Assembly (NCBI GenBank): GCA_037137395.1
Contig: JBAXKK010000001.1
Span: 78,108-142,107, forward strand
Origin: Elusimicrobiota bacterium
GTDB lineage: Bacteria; Elusimicrobiota; Elusimicrobia; Elusimicrobiales; UBA9959
Length of the DNA: 64,000 bases
Direction: 5' to 3'
The number at the start of each line of letters is the position of its first letter. Position 1 is the stretch's first letter. Positions 29,201 through 39,259 of the stretch are shown here, one piece after another. Position numbers and translations under genes: made by a program. The notes under the pieces are model-generated. The model saw only the letters and a list, made by a program, of their open reading frames with translations. It searched no databases and was not told where the DNA came from.

Positions 29201-30358
29201 TCACTTGGCCGCTTTCACCGCTTTCTGGGCGGCTTCCCACAGGGAATCGGCCTGCTCTATCTTTATCCCGGAATCTTCTAAAATCTTTTTGCCTTCCTCA
29301 ACATTGGTCCCTTCAAGGCGTACGATCAGCGGCACGTTCAGCTTTACTTTTTTAGTAGCTTCCACTATTCCCAGGGCGATGTTATCGCACTTCATAATGC
29401 CGCCGAAGATATTTACCAGGACGGCGCGAACCTTCGCGTCCTTCAGAATTATCTGGAAGGCTTTGGTAATCTGTTCAACATTCGCTCCGCCGCCTACATC
29501 CAGGAAGTTGGCCGCGGACCCGCCGGCGAGCTTCACCGTGTCCAGCGTAGCCATGGCGAGGCCGGCTCCGTTCACCATGCAGCCTATGGATCCGTCCAGT
29601 CCGATGTAATTGATGCCGATAGCTTTGGCTTCCCGCTCTATTTCGGAAGCTTCGTGGTCGGCTTTGGCTTCCAGATCTTTATGTCGGAAAAGGGCGTTAT
29701 CGTCCGTGACTATCTTAGCGTCAACGGCTATCAGCTTTCCGTCTTTGGTGATCGCCAGCGGATTAATTTCCACAAGGCTGGCATCGTAATCCACAAATAA
29801 TTTGACGATGGCTTTGGCTACGGCAAGGAACTCGCGGAAATGTTCTTTGGGAATCTTCAGCCCGAAGGCCAGTTCCCTGGCCTGGAAGTCCAGCAGCCCC
29901 GTGTTGATATCAACGGGTAATTTTATGATAAATTCCGGTTTTGTGCGGGCCAGGTCCTCTATGGACATGCCGCCTTCCGCTGAGGCTATTATCATCGGCG
30001 TAGCCGTTTTGCGGTCAAGGACTACGGATATGTATATCTCGCGCTCTGGCGCGCAGGCGGCTTCCACCAGCACTTCCTCAACCGTGAGAGCTTGGCCCTG
30101 AGTTTGGTGGGTGATTATTTTCATGCCCAGCATGTTTTGTATATAGGTATGCGCTTCTTCTTTTGTGGCGGCTATTTTAACTCCGCCGGCCTTGCCGCGA
30201 CCGCCTGTCAAGACCTGGGCCTTAACGACCCAGGGCCCCGTGCCGTCCAGCTTAACTTTATCCGCGCTGTCGCCTATCCTGACCACGCCGAATCTGGCCT
30301 GTATCGGTATCTTATAAGCTTCAAATATATCCTTGCCCTCGTATTCAAGAAGTTTCAT
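29201..30358 (-). CDS. sucC: Succinyl-CoA ligase beta subunit
   Basis: KAQVLTGGRGKAGG, EINPL, NGAGLAMAT and NFLDVGG. Confidence 0.96.
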   Translation of the reverse strand: MKLLEYEGKDIFEAYKIPIQARFGVVRIGDSADKVKLDGTGPWVVKAQVLTGGRGKAGGVKIAATKEEAHTYIQNMLGMKIITHQTQGQALTVEEVLVEAACAPEREIYISVVLDRKTATPMIIASAEGGMSIEDLARTKPEFIIKLPVDINTGLLDFQARELAFGLKIPKEHFREFLAVAKAIVKLFVDYDASLVEINPLAITKDGKLIAVDAKIVTDDNALFRHKDLEAKADHEASEIEREAKAIGINYIGLDGSIGCMVNGAGLAMATLDTVKLAGGSAANFLDVGGGANVEQITKAFQIILKDAKVRAVLVNIFGGIMKCDNIALGIVEATKKVKLNVPLIVRLEGTNVEEGKKILEDSGIKIEQADSLWEAAQKAVKAAK

Positions 30359-30404
30359 AATATATTTTGTAGTATAATTTGAACAGGTAAGTCCAGTCCA
30401 TAAT

Positions 30405-30495
30405 CAGTAGCGCTTAGTAAACAGCGGCCAGTAGTTGGTAGCCGGTAGTAATTTTTTCCCGCTGATCACTATTCACTAAACACTATCCACTGCCA
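30405..30495. repeat. Degenerate heptamer-repeat hairpin (AGTGAAT/AGTAG family)
   Basis: agtaaac agcggcc agtagtt ggtagcc ... gatcact attcact aaacact atccact. Confidence 0.55.
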
Positions 30496-30513
30496 TTTAA
30501 GAGAGGCCCCCGG

Positions 30514-32364
30514 ATGATGAAATCCTCCAAGAATATAAAGGTCAGCGAGCTGGACTCGGTAACCATACGCTTCGCGGGTGATTCCGGCGACGGGATACAG
30601 CTGGTCGGAAGCCAGTTTGCCAACGCCACGGCCATTTCTGGCAATGATCTGAGCACCCTGCCGGACTACCCGGCCGAGATCCGCGCCCCGGCAGGATCGC
30701 TGGGCGGGGTAAGCGGTTTTCAGATAAGCTTCGGTGACGAATCCGTTCTGACTCCGGGCAATAAGCCGAATGTGCTTATAGTGATGAATCCCGCGGCTCT
30801 GGCTGTTAATATAAGGAATATAGATAAGGGCTCGGTAATTATTACCAACTCGGACGCTTTCACGCCCGCCGCGTTGGAGAAAGCCGGGTATGCGGCCAAT
30901 CCGCTGGAAGACGACACTCTTTCAAATTACCGCGTCATTGCCATCCCCGTCACCGCCCTGACCGAAAGCGCGCTTAAAGACTCTAAGCTCGCAAAATCAC
31001 AGATCGCGAAATGTAAAAATTTTTACATGCTGGGCATCATGTACTGGATGTACGGGCTGCCGCTCGCGCCGACAGTCAACTGGATAAAGACCAAATTCAA
31101 AAAGACCCCCGAGCTGGCCGAGGCCAATATAAATGTGCTGACGGCCGGCCGCAACTACGCGGACGCCACCGAGATCTTTGACGCGCGCTTCCAGATAAAG
31201 AAGAGCCCCGTGACTCCGGGCAAATACCGCAACCTGACCGGCAACGAGGCCGCGGCCTACGCCCTTATCACGGCGGCGAAACTGCTGAAGCGCAAACTTT
31301 TCTACGGCTCTTATCCTATAACTCCGGCTTCCGAGATACTTCACACTCTGGCCAAGCATAAGGCAAACGATGTCGTTGTTTACCAGGCCGAAGACGAGAT
31401 AGCCGCGGCCTGCGCCTCCATCGGCGCGTCCTTCGCCGGCTGCATGGCGGCCACCGGCACCAGCGGTCCCGGCCTCTCGCTTAAGATCGAAGCGCTCGGC
31501 CTTGCCGTGATCGCTGAGCTGCCGCTGGTAGTTGTTAATGTTCAGCGCGGCGGGCCGTCCACCGGCCTGCCCACCAAGACCGAGCAGTCGGATCTGCTGC
31601 AGGCCGTCTACGGCCGCCATGGCGAGTCGCCTCTGGTGGTCATGGCCGCCTCAAGTCCGGCCGATTGTTTCACCACTACGCTGGAGGCCGCGCGCATAGC
31701 CGTAAAATACATGACGCCGGTGATAGTTCTTTCCAATTCCTATCTGTCTAACGGCTCCGAGCCGTTCAGGATCCCGAAGCTCGGCGAGCTGCCGAAGTTT
31801 GAGCTGCCGCCCATGCCGCGCTCCGAAGACTTTAAGCCGTATATGCGTGACAGCGACACTCTTGGACGTCCCTGGGCCAGCCCCGGCATGAAAGGCTATG
31901 AACACCGCACCGGCGGTCTGGAGAAGGCGGAAAATTCAGGCGCCATAAGCTACGACGCCGAGAATCATGAGAAGATGACGAAGATCCGCGACGAGAAAGT
32001 TGCCCGCGTGGTCAGGGAGATACCGCCGACAAAAATATACGGCGCAGCGGAAGGTGAACTGCTGGTGGTCGGCTGGGGTTCCACTTTCGGCGCCATAACA
32101 CAAGCCGTAAGCGAGGCCCGCAAGACAGGACTTAACGTCTCGGCCATACATATCAAATTCGTTAATCCGCTCCCGGCGGACCTTGGCACCATCATGCGGC
32201 GCTTCCGCAAGGTGCTTGTGCCTGAGGAGAACACGGGACAGTTTAGGATGATGCTGCGCTCGGCTTACGCTCTTGAGCCTATAGGCTTAAACAAGGTGCA
32301 GGGCCAGCCGCTGAACGCCGAAGAAGTTCTGGGCAAGATAAAAGAAATCCTGAGGGGAAATTAA
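30514..32364 (+). CDS. korA: 2-oxoacid:ferredoxin oxidoreductase alpha subunit (gamma-alpha fusion)
   Basis: AGDSGDG, YPAEIRAP, YPITPAS, QAEDEIA and QRGGPSTGLPTK; divergent from sucCD. Confidence 0.92.
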   Translation: MMKSSKNIKVSELDSVTIRFAGDSGDGIQLVGSQFANATAISGNDLSTLPDYPAEIRAPAGSLGGVSGFQISFGDESVLTPGNKPNVLIVMNPAALAVNIRNIDKGSVIITNSDAFTPAALEKAGYAANPLEDDTLSNYRVIAIPVTALTESALKDSKLAKSQIAKCKNFYMLGIMYWMYGLPLAPTVNWIKTKFKKTPELAEANINVLTAGRNYADATEIFDARFQIKKSPVTPGKYRNLTGNEAAAYALITAAKLLKRKLFYGSYPITPASEILHTLAKHKANDVVVYQAEDEIAAACASIGASFAGCMAATGTSGPGLSLKIEALGLAVIAELPLVVVNVQRGGPSTGLPTKTEQSDLLQAVYGRHGESPLVVMAASSPADCFTTTLEAARIAVKYMTPVIVLSNSYLSNGSEPFRIPKLGELPKFELPPMPRSEDFKPYMRDSDTLGRPWASPGMKGYEHRTGGLEKAENSGAISYDAENHEKMTKIRDEKVARVVREIPPTKIYGAAEGELLVVGWGSTFGAITQAVSEARKTGLNVSAIHIKFVNPLPADLGTIMRRFRKVLVPEENTGQFRMMLRSAYALEPIGLNKVQGQPLNAEEVLGKIKEILRGN

Positions 32365-32367
32365 AAA

Positions 32368-33369
32368 ATGGAAAACGCTAAACTTACCGCTAAAGATTTT
32401 GCCTCCACCCTCCCGGTCAAGTGGTGCCCCGGCTGCGGCGACTTTGCCATACTAAACCAGCTGCAGAAGGTTATGGCCGGCATGGGGTTACCGCACGAAA
32501 AATACGTGGTGGTCTCCGGCATCGGCTGCTCCAGCCGCTTTCCGTATTATGTAAACACCTACGGTTTCCATTCCATCCATGGCCGGGCCTGCGCTATCGC
32601 CACTGGCGTAAAGCTTTCTAACCCGGAGCTGGCCGTATGGGTTATCACCGGCGACGGGGACGGCCTCTCTATCGGCGGCAACCACACCATGCATTCCATC
32701 CGCCGCAACATCGGCCTGAAGATAGTGCTGTTTAATAACCGCATCTACGCGCTGACCAAGGGCCAGGCCAGCCCCACCACGCAATTGGGCGCAAAGACCA
32801 AGTCTTCGCCCATGGGTACGATAGACTTTCCGTTTAATCCGGCGCGGTTCGCCATCGGCCTGGACTGCACTTTTGTCGCGCGCGGCATCGATACCGATAT
32901 GGCCGGAACTACCGCCATACTGGAGAGGGCGGCCAAACATAAAGGCACTACGTTCGTGGAGATCCTGCAGAAATGCGTGCCGTTCACCGATAAAGAATTT
33001 GACGCCCTCAAGGATCCGGAAAATAAGGAGGATTCGATAATCAGGGTGGCGCACGGCAAACCGCTTGTCTTTGGAAAGAATAAAAATAAAGGCATAGCGT
33101 TTAATAACTTCAGGCCCGAGATACTGGAGTTTAAAGCCGGTGACGTTCCGGGCGAGGTGGCTGTTTACGACGAGACCAACGCGGAGATGGCTTATCTGAT
33201 AAGCGGCTTTCAGGCTCCTGAATTTCCGATCCCGCTCGGCGTGTTCCGCGCGACGCAAAAGCCTTCGTATGAAGAACTTTATTACGACCAGGTGGCGGCG
33301 ATAGGCGACACAAAAGATAATGAACTGGAGTCGCTGCTATCCGGCCCGGACGCGTGGGAAGTCAAATAA
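32368..33369 (+). CDS. korB: 2-oxoacid:ferredoxin oxidoreductase beta subunit
   Basis: WCPGCGD, SGIGCSSR and GDGD...IGGNH TPP motif. Confidence 0.92.
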   Translation: MENAKLTAKDFASTLPVKWCPGCGDFAILNQLQKVMAGMGLPHEKYVVVSGIGCSSRFPYYVNTYGFHSIHGRACAIATGVKLSNPELAVWVITGDGDGLSIGGNHTMHSIRRNIGLKIVLFNNRIYALTKGQASPTTQLGAKTKSSPMGTIDFPFNPARFAIGLDCTFVARGIDTDMAGTTAILERAAKHKGTTFVEILQKCVPFTDKEFDALKDPENKEDSIIRVAHGKPLVFGKNKNKGIAFNNFRPEILEFKAGDVPGEVAVYDETNAEMAYLISGFQAPEFPIPLGVFRATQKPSYEELYYDQVAAIGDTKDNELESLLSGPDAWEVK

Positions 33370-33420
33370 ACGCGGCAGAGCGCACCAGAATAGCAAGACG
33401 GGAACGGGCGCAGCAACTTT

Positions 33421-33495
33421 AAAAATAAAAAGAAGAAAAATAAATAAAATAAAAATAAAAAAACTATTGCATTTTTTTTATGCATGATGTAAACT
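33421..33495 (+). promoter_or_regulatory. Sigma70-type promoter with A-rich UP element
   Basis: A-tract 33421-33463; TTGCAT (33467), 17 nt, TAAACT (33490). Confidence 0.7.
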
Positions 33496-33529
33496 CAATA
33501 AGCAGCGTTAAATAGTAAAGGAGACAACA

Positions 33530-33613
33530 ATGGCAAAGAAAGCTAAAAAAGCGGTGAAGAAAGCCGTAAAGAAAGTCGCGAAGAAAGTCGCGAAGAAAGC
33601 GAAACGGAAATAA
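33530..33613 (+). CDS. 27-aa Lys/Ala/Val-rich basic peptide (MAKKAKKAVKKAVKKVAKKVAKKAKRK)
   Basis: Translated by hand. AAAGGAG RBS upstream, own promoter and terminator; below the ORF-track size cutoff. Confidence 0.7.
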   Translation: MAKKAKKAVKKAVKKVAKKVAKKAKRK

Positions 33614-33637
33614 TTCGTCCGCTTGTAGTTCGTGAGC

Positions 33638-33672
33638 GAAGGCCCTTTAGTTCAAAGGGCCTTTTCTTTTTC
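33638..33672. terminator. Intrinsic terminator
   Basis: AAGGCCCTTT-AGTTC-AAAGGGCCTT followed by TTCTTTTT. Confidence 0.85.
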
Positions 33673-33700
33673 TCCTGGGGGAATGTTGATGTGGGGTTGT

Positions 33701-35869
33701 TTAGTTCAGCGTCTGAAGGGAGTGCGTAGCGGCGGTTGTCGCCGCCGGCCGCCGGGTTTCCCGCGCCGCCGCGGACTTTTTTTTAACATATTTAATTTTT
33801 TTAATTTTTGTGCCGGGAAAATAGAACTCAATTATTTCGCGGTAGCTCTTTCCGTATTTTCCGGCCAGCCCCGCCGCGCCCGACTGACACATTCCGATGC
33901 CGTGACCCCAGCCCCCGCCGTAGATCCAGTAGTTCCGCACCTTCCCGTTTTTGAAACGGTTCACCTCTATGAAAAACAAAGTGCTCTTTATGGAACTGAA
34001 GCCCAGAATATTTCGGATGAGATGTTCGCGCTCAACGGTGACGGTTTTTTTAGAGCCTACCATCTTCAGGGAATTAACATTTCCCGACGGGCTGCGTTTA
34101 ATGGCGATCAGGTCCAGCAGCGTCCCGATATTGTAGCTCTTGTTTATTCGGAACTCTATATCTTTCTGCTTAATGATGCGCACCCAGCGGAATTCGGCGG
34201 CGCGCACCCGGCCCGGATAATTGCAGTTGGCCGGCGGATCTCCGGTTATCCACTGGTGAAACTTCCAGGGGGAGTCTATCGGTTTGGCAATATCAGGCGG
34301 CAGATCCTGGTGAGTGGTGAGATAAGGGGAGTCGCCCCAGCCCGTCACCTCCGACGAGGCCTGGATGTAACCGCCGCAATTGGAGTGATAGAAAGTGTAG
34401 GCGGGTTTGGCGTGATAAGTGAGGAGCTCTCCTTCCGTCTCAAGCACCGCCCTGTCGGTAGTGTTGGCCTCGGTCATAACGCCCTTGTACGCCTGGCAAT
34501 GCTGTCCGTCGCACATGTGGTACCCGTCAGCCTTGTGCGTGCCGCCTCTGGCGCGGCGTATAATGGCCTGCGTGCGGGCCAGGACCGCCTGAGCCTTCAG
34601 CGACTCGTAAGGCCACTGAGCCGCGACCTCGCTCGGGACCACGCCCAGCAGGTAGACCTCCATGTCCACGATATTCACTATACCCAGGCCGCGTCCGGGT
34701 ATGGGGTAGATTTCCATTAAGCCGCGGTATTCCCGGTCTGAATACCTGACCCAGGGATTCTGGGCGGTCCTGACGTTTTCAAAAATTATGGTGCCGCGCT
34801 TCAGGTTTCCGGACCTGATGATCAGCGCCTCGCTGAAGCTGCCAAAGGCCGCTCCGTTTGAATCCGTCAGCGCCAGCTTCCCGTTTTTAAATACAGCTGT
34901 CCAGATCTCGTCGGGAGGAATCCTCGCGTGAACTTTCCCGCTGGCCTTGCTCCGTATTATCAGGCCTTCGTACGATTTAAATTTCAGGATATTATTTCTG
35001 CCCTGCCTGCCGGTATTGCCGGTGCCTATACCCACGCGAACCGTGACCGCGCTGGTGAGCTCGTCTAAAACTGGGACCGGCGCCATTTTCAGCGGCTTCA
35101 CGATCCGGAAAGGAGGCCGTATCTCTTCTGGCTGTTTTGAAAGTTTGCCTTCCAGCACTTTCATCATTTTGGAGGCGAGGGGGTGGTTGGGGGCGTAGTC
35201 CAGAACGCGGTAATACTGGTTCCACGCCTCGTTAAACTTGCCTTCCCGGGTGTAGATGCCGGCCAGCGGCAGGCGCGCCTCTGTAAAAGAGGCATCTTTG
35301 CGCAGGGCTTCTATAAGGCTTTCCTGAGCCTCTTTATACATCTTAAAATTCATGTAATTCCAGGCCATGACATAATCCACTCCGGCGAAATCCGGGCGCA
35401 GCTTCCGGTAGCGGTCCAGGTACTCAAGAGTTTTTTCTTTATCTCCGAGATTGGAATAGACGCTGGTAAGGCCCAGGATGCCGCGGACATGCAGCGGCTG
35501 GATGCGCAAAGCCCGCTCAAAACAGGCCTTGGCTCCCTCGTAATCGGCCTGATGGAATTTGAGCCAGCCCAGTTCCGAGAGAATATCGCTTTGGTAGGGA
35601 TCGAGCCGCAGAGCTTGTTCAAGCGCGGCGGTGCCGGCGGCGTAGCGGCCCAACTGCTTATATACCATGGCCGCGTCCATGAGGGGTTCGATGGTCCCGG
35701 TTGGTGCCGCGGCCAGTTCCATGTAGGCGGATGCCGACTTTGACAGGTTGCCGTCAAGGTAAAGCCGGTATGCCTGCGAGGCGTCTGCGGCCGCAACGCT
35801 GCCGGGAAAAAGGCAGAGCGCAAGAAGCAGGCCGGAGAACATTGAAACCCGGTAAATTGTTTTTTTCAT
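33701..35869 (-). CDS. TPR + SpoIID/LytB domain peptidoglycan-remodelling protein
   Basis: Signal peptide and TPRs; YLLGVVPSE, LKAQAVLART, CQAY and GWGHGIGMCQ.GA. Confidence 0.9.
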   Translation of the reverse strand: MKKTIYRVSMFSGLLLALCLFPGSVAAADASQAYRLYLDGNLSKSASAYMELAAAPTGTIEPLMDAAMVYKQLGRYAAGTAALEQALRLDPYQSDILSELGWLKFHQADYEGAKACFERALRIQPLHVRGILGLTSVYSNLGDKEKTLEYLDRYRKLRPDFAGVDYVMAWNYMNFKMYKEAQESLIEALRKDASFTEARLPLAGIYTREGKFNEAWNQYYRVLDYAPNHPLASKMMKVLEGKLSKQPEEIRPPFRIVKPLKMAPVPVLDELTSAVTVRVGIGTGNTGRQGRNNILKFKSYEGLIIRSKASGKVHARIPPDEIWTAVFKNGKLALTDSNGAAFGSFSEALIIRSGNLKRGTIIFENVRTAQNPWVRYSDREYRGLMEIYPIPGRGLGIVNIVDMEVYLLGVVPSEVAAQWPYESLKAQAVLARTQAIIRRARGGTHKADGYHMCDGQHCQAYKGVMTEANTTDRAVLETEGELLTYHAKPAYTFYHSNCGGYIQASSEVTGWGDSPYLTTHQDLPPDIAKPIDSPWKFHQWITGDPPANCNYPGRVRAAEFRWVRIIKQKDIEFRINKSYNIGTLLDLIAIKRSPSGNVNSLKMVGSKKTVTVEREHLIRNILGFSSIKSTLFFIEVNRFKNGKVRNYWIYGGGWGHGIGMCQSGAAGLAGKYGKSYREIIEFYFPGTKIKKIKYVKKKSAAARETRRPAATTAATHSLQTLN

Positions 35870-35950
35870 CTGGGGCCGGTAAAATTATAGAATCTATTTT
35901 ATATCGTATGAAATTATAGGGCGCTGAACAAAAAAATATAAAGGAGCGGA

Positions 35951-36511
35951 ATGGATATTGCTGACGCCGAGCTGGTAAAAGCCTTCAAAGAAGGCGACGC
36001 CGGTGCTTTGGACGAATTGATAAGCAGGTACAAAGACCGGCTTTACGCCTATATCCTCAGGCTTTCACGCGACCGCGACGCGGCCGACGACCTGCTTCAG
36101 GAAGTTTTTATTAAGGTAATAAAGAAAATTAATTCCTACGGAGAGCGTGAAAAGTTCTCCGCCTGGCTGTTCACCGTGGCCCATCACGCGGCAATGGATC
36201 ATTTTCGCTCCGGTTCCCGCCGGCATGAAGAATCGCTGGACGCGGCCGGAGAGGGCGGGGTCCCGCTGGCGGATATGCTGGCTTCCCCTGAACCGGGGCC
36301 GGATAAACTCCTTGAGGAAGGTGAGCGCGCCGCCGCGCTTCAGGCTGCGTTTGATCATCTTTCCGCTGAACAGCGCGAGATCTTCCTGATGCGACATTAT
36401 TCCGGCCTGTCATTTAAGGAGATAGCTGATATTCTGGGAGTGCCTATCGGCACCGTTCTGGCCCGCATGTCGCGAGCGATGGCTAAAGTGCGGTCGGAAC
36501 TGAAAGACTGA
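35951..36511 (+). CDS. ECF RNA polymerase sigma factor
   Basis: ADDLLQEVF, FSAWLFTVA and SFKEIADILGVPIGTV.ARM.RA. Confidence 0.92.
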   Translation: MDIADAELVKAFKEGDAGALDELISRYKDRLYAYILRLSRDRDAADDLLQEVFIKVIKKINSYGEREKFSAWLFTVAHHAAMDHFRSGSRRHEESLDAAGEGGVPLADMLASPEPGPDKLLEEGERAAALQAAFDHLSAEQREIFLMRHYSGLSFKEIADILGVPIGTVLARMSRAMAKVRSELKD

Positions 36512-36605
36512 GAGCGGAGGACAGACAGATAAGGAAATGTTTTCTCGGCTATTGATGCAATAAAAACCGGCCCTGCCGCGTTATACTAGTGAGAAGGTAA
36601 ATGTT

Positions 36606-37079
36606 ATGAACTGCGGATATAAAGAAAAGACCATACTCTACTTCTACGGAGAACTGTCAGGATCCGCCGCGGAGCTTGAGGCTCATCTGGCCGGTTGCGC
36701 CGAATGCGCGGCTGATTTGGCCGTGCTCAAAAACCTTTCGGCGGATTTCTCGGCTTTCAAGCCTGAGGCTCCCGCGCTTAGGGCCTTTGAGTTGGTTCAG
36801 GCCGCGCGCGGCGCGCCGTTGGCAGAGCGGTTTATGGCCGGGTTCAGGCGCCTGTCCCTGGCCGGGGCAGTCACCGCGGCGTTCCTGCTGGCGTTCCAGG
36901 CCCTGGCGCCAAGGGGCGGAGGCGTCGGCCTGGGCGATATGGAATCGCGGTTGGACACTATGGAATATGGTATTTACAACCTGCAGGACGACATCGTTTA
37001 TTCTTCTTCGGCGGATTTTGATTACGGCTATGCTGACATAGAGAATCAAAAAGAGCAGGCGGCTGAAAAAGCCGCCTAA
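36606..37079 (+). CDS. Zinc-finger (ZAS, zf-HC2) membrane anti-sigma factor
   Basis: HLAGCAEC (HxxxCxxC) and a single TM helix; directly downstream of the ECF gene. Confidence 0.78.
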   Translation: MNCGYKEKTILYFYGELSGSAAELEAHLAGCAECAADLAVLKNLSADFSAFKPEAPALRAFELVQAARGAPLAERFMAGFRRLSLAGAVTAAFLLAFQALAPRGGGVGLGDMESRLDTMEYGIYNLQDDIVYSSSADFDYGYADIENQKEQAAEKAA

Positions 37080-37110
37080 AGGCTGATGACGCAATAATAA
37101 GGGAGGCTAT

Positions 37111-37809
37111 ATGAAAAAGAAACTGATAACTCTGTTCGGGACACTGGCGCTGGCGGTGATGCCGGCCATATACGCGGCCGCGCAGGATATGGATGAGCCC
37201 AGGGACATTGGCGAGGCGCCAGGCTGGCATGGCCAGTCAGAGCAGCCCGGAGGTAAGGGCGCGATAGATGAGGCGCGGGGGAAGGAAAAGCAGCGGATTG
37301 ATGGCATGAATGAGATGAGGGAGATGAAGGGGGCCAGGGAGCGCGGGGGCGGCCTCGGGTTAATATCGGAAGACGCAACCATAGCCGTGATTAAAAAACA
37401 CGACGCTGGCTTCGCCGAGAAACTGGCCGGTTTCAAAACCGCGGCTCCGGGTAAATATAAGATGCTGCTTATGATGGGCGGCAAGATGCTCTCCGGCGCT
37501 AGGTTTGAGGCTGACGCGAATATGGAGCGTGACGCTGTCAGGGAATTATCGCTTGAATTCGCCACAAAAGAGCTGGGGCTGAAATACGATAAAGCCACGG
37601 ACTCCGAAAAACCGGCCATCAAAGCGGAGCTTAGAACCAAGGTTTCAGAGCTCTTTGACCTGCGCCTGAAGGGTCAGGAGATAAGGATAGGCCGGATGGA
37701 GAAGGACCTGGCCAAACTTAAGAAGAACCTTGAAAACAGAAAAGCCAATAAGGCCAAGATCGTGGATGAGCGGCTCAGCCAGATGACCGGAGAGGGCTAC
37801 GGTTGGTAG
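37111..37809 (+). CDS. Exported helical/coiled-coil protein (Spy/CpxP-like position in ECF locus)
   Basis: GGAGG RBS, signal peptide, Met/Gly-rich segment and charged coiled coil. Confidence 0.55.
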   Translation: MKKKLITLFGTLALAVMPAIYAAAQDMDEPRDIGEAPGWHGQSEQPGGKGAIDEARGKEKQRIDGMNEMREMKGARERGGGLGLISEDATIAVIKKHDAGFAEKLAGFKTAAPGKYKMLLMMGGKMLSGARFEADANMERDAVRELSLEFATKELGLKYDKATDSEKPAIKAELRTKVSELFDLRLKGQEIRIGRMEKDLAKLKKNLENRKANKAKIVDERLSQMTGEGYGW

Positions 37810-37842
37810 AAAAGACAGGGTTTAGGGGTGAGGGTACAGGGG

Positions 37843-37885
37843 AAAGAAAAAGTCCCGCGGAATTATTCCGCGGGACTTTTTCTTT
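37843..37885. terminator. Bidirectional intrinsic terminator, preceded by an AGGGT heptamer tract at 37817-37843
   Basis: AAAGAAAAAGTCCCGCGGAA-TTA-TTCCGCGGGACTTTTTCTTT. Confidence 0.9.
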
Positions 37886-37904
37886 GATTATTTGTCCAAT
37901 CTTT

Positions 37905-39116
37905 TTATTTTCCGGCGAGTTTGGCCGCGTCTATCATTCCCGCGCCCTCTTCGGTCGGCTTCATGCCGAGGCTTGAGGCGGCTTTATTAAGGGCCGCTCT
38001 TACTTTTGCCGGGGTGTTCGCGCCGCCGGCTACAGCGATCACCGCCAGGCCCGCCACATGGGGGGAAGCCATGGAGGTTCCGGACGCTGTTTTGTAGGCG
38101 GAGCCCTTATAGGTTGAGGGGACATCCACTCCGGGAGCTATAAAAGCTATTTCAGCGCCTCTGGAGGAGAAATAAGCCAATTTGTCCATGGAGTCGGACG
38201 CCGATACCGCTATGGCCTGAGGATACTTGGCCGGGTAGTTGACCGGTCCTGAGTCGTTGCCAGCCGCGCAGACTATGGTCACGCCCGCTTTATCCGCCGC
38301 TTCCATGACTTTTTGGAGAGCGGGTGTGCCGGATCCGCCGCCCAGGCTCATGTTGATGACCTGCATTTTATTATTCACGGCCCACTGTATGCCATCTACG
38401 ATATTGGAGTACGAGCCCGAACCGTTGGCGTCAAGAACTTTTACCGCGTAAAGCTGGACTCTGGGGGCGATACCTACTACGCCTTTCGCGTCCCTTACGG
38501 CCGCGATGGTGCCGGACACATGCGTGCCGTGGCCCTGGTCGTCAAGAGGGGTCTTCGTGGAAACTATGGCGTTGTAGCCGCCGGCATAAACGGCTTTAAG
38601 GTCGGGGTGATTATAGTCTATCCCGGTGTCGATCACTGCCACCTTTACGCCTTCGCCCATGGTTGTGTTCCAGACGCCGGGAGCGTTGACCCGTTTAACG
38701 CCCCAGGGAATCTCGGTTTCCTCGGGCGTGAGCGCCGGCTTAGCCGGGATCTGGAGAGATTCCTGCGTCTCCACTCCTTCATTTTTTATGCTGCTGAGTC
38801 CGTCCGTCACATAGGAAAGGGGGAGGGCCGCGGGGGTCTCCTCTATCCACTTCAGGTAGAGGTCTTCTTCAACACCGGTGACGCCTTTCAGTGATTTGAT
38901 GTCAGCGTCTGTTACATTGTCGGCGAAGACGGCGACGACCGCTTCTATGATGCGTAAATCCTTGGTTACTCTGCCGCCCATCCGCTCTATGCCGACGATT
39001 CTGTCCGCCGCTTTAAAGGAAGAATCAAAAGTTACTATCTTCTGACTGGCGGAAGCGTAGGCCGCGCCTGAGATAAGCAACGCCGCCGCTAAACCTAATA
39101 TTTTAGTCCGATTCAT
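37905..39116 (-). CDS. Secreted subtilisin-family (S8) serine protease with propeptide
   Basis: VIDTG, HGTHVSG and GTSMASPHV catalytic triad motifs; signal peptide. Confidence 0.95.
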   Translation of the reverse strand: MNRTKILGLAAALLISGAAYASASQKIVTFDSSFKAADRIVGIERMGGRVTKDLRIIEAVVAVFADNVTDADIKSLKGVTGVEEDLYLKWIEETPAALPLSYVTDGLSSIKNEGVETQESLQIPAKPALTPEETEIPWGVKRVNAPGVWNTTMGEGVKVAVIDTGIDYNHPDLKAVYAGGYNAIVSTKTPLDDQGHGTHVSGTIAAVRDAKGVVGIAPRVQLYAVKVLDANGSGSYSNIVDGIQWAVNNKMQVINMSLGGGSGTPALQKVMEAADKAGVTIVCAAGNDSGPVNYPAKYPQAIAVSASDSMDKLAYFSSRGAEIAFIAPGVDVPSTYKGSAYKTASGTSMASPHVAGLAVIAVAGGANTPAKVRAALNKAASSLGMKPTEEGAGMIDAAKLAGK

Positions 39117-39204
39117 TTACTGCCTCCTGTAACTTATGCTAAAGCGCTGAAGTCGTGAAGCGTAGCGAATAAAAAACTCAGCCCTAGCCTTATAGTATAA
39201 GCCC

Positions 39205-39234
39205 AATATAGGAATTTTATTTGATAATTGTCAA
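39205..39234 (-). promoter_or_regulatory. Sigma70-type promoter for subtilisin
   Basis: TTGACA, 18 nt, TATATT on the minus strand. Confidence 0.5.
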
Positions 39235-39259
39235 CCAAAATAAAACCGCGCAGCGGATA

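Noticed and set aside
33632..34720. 362-aa + strand ORF
   Set aside because: It is an antisense shadow of the SpoIID gene, with no recognisable motifs.
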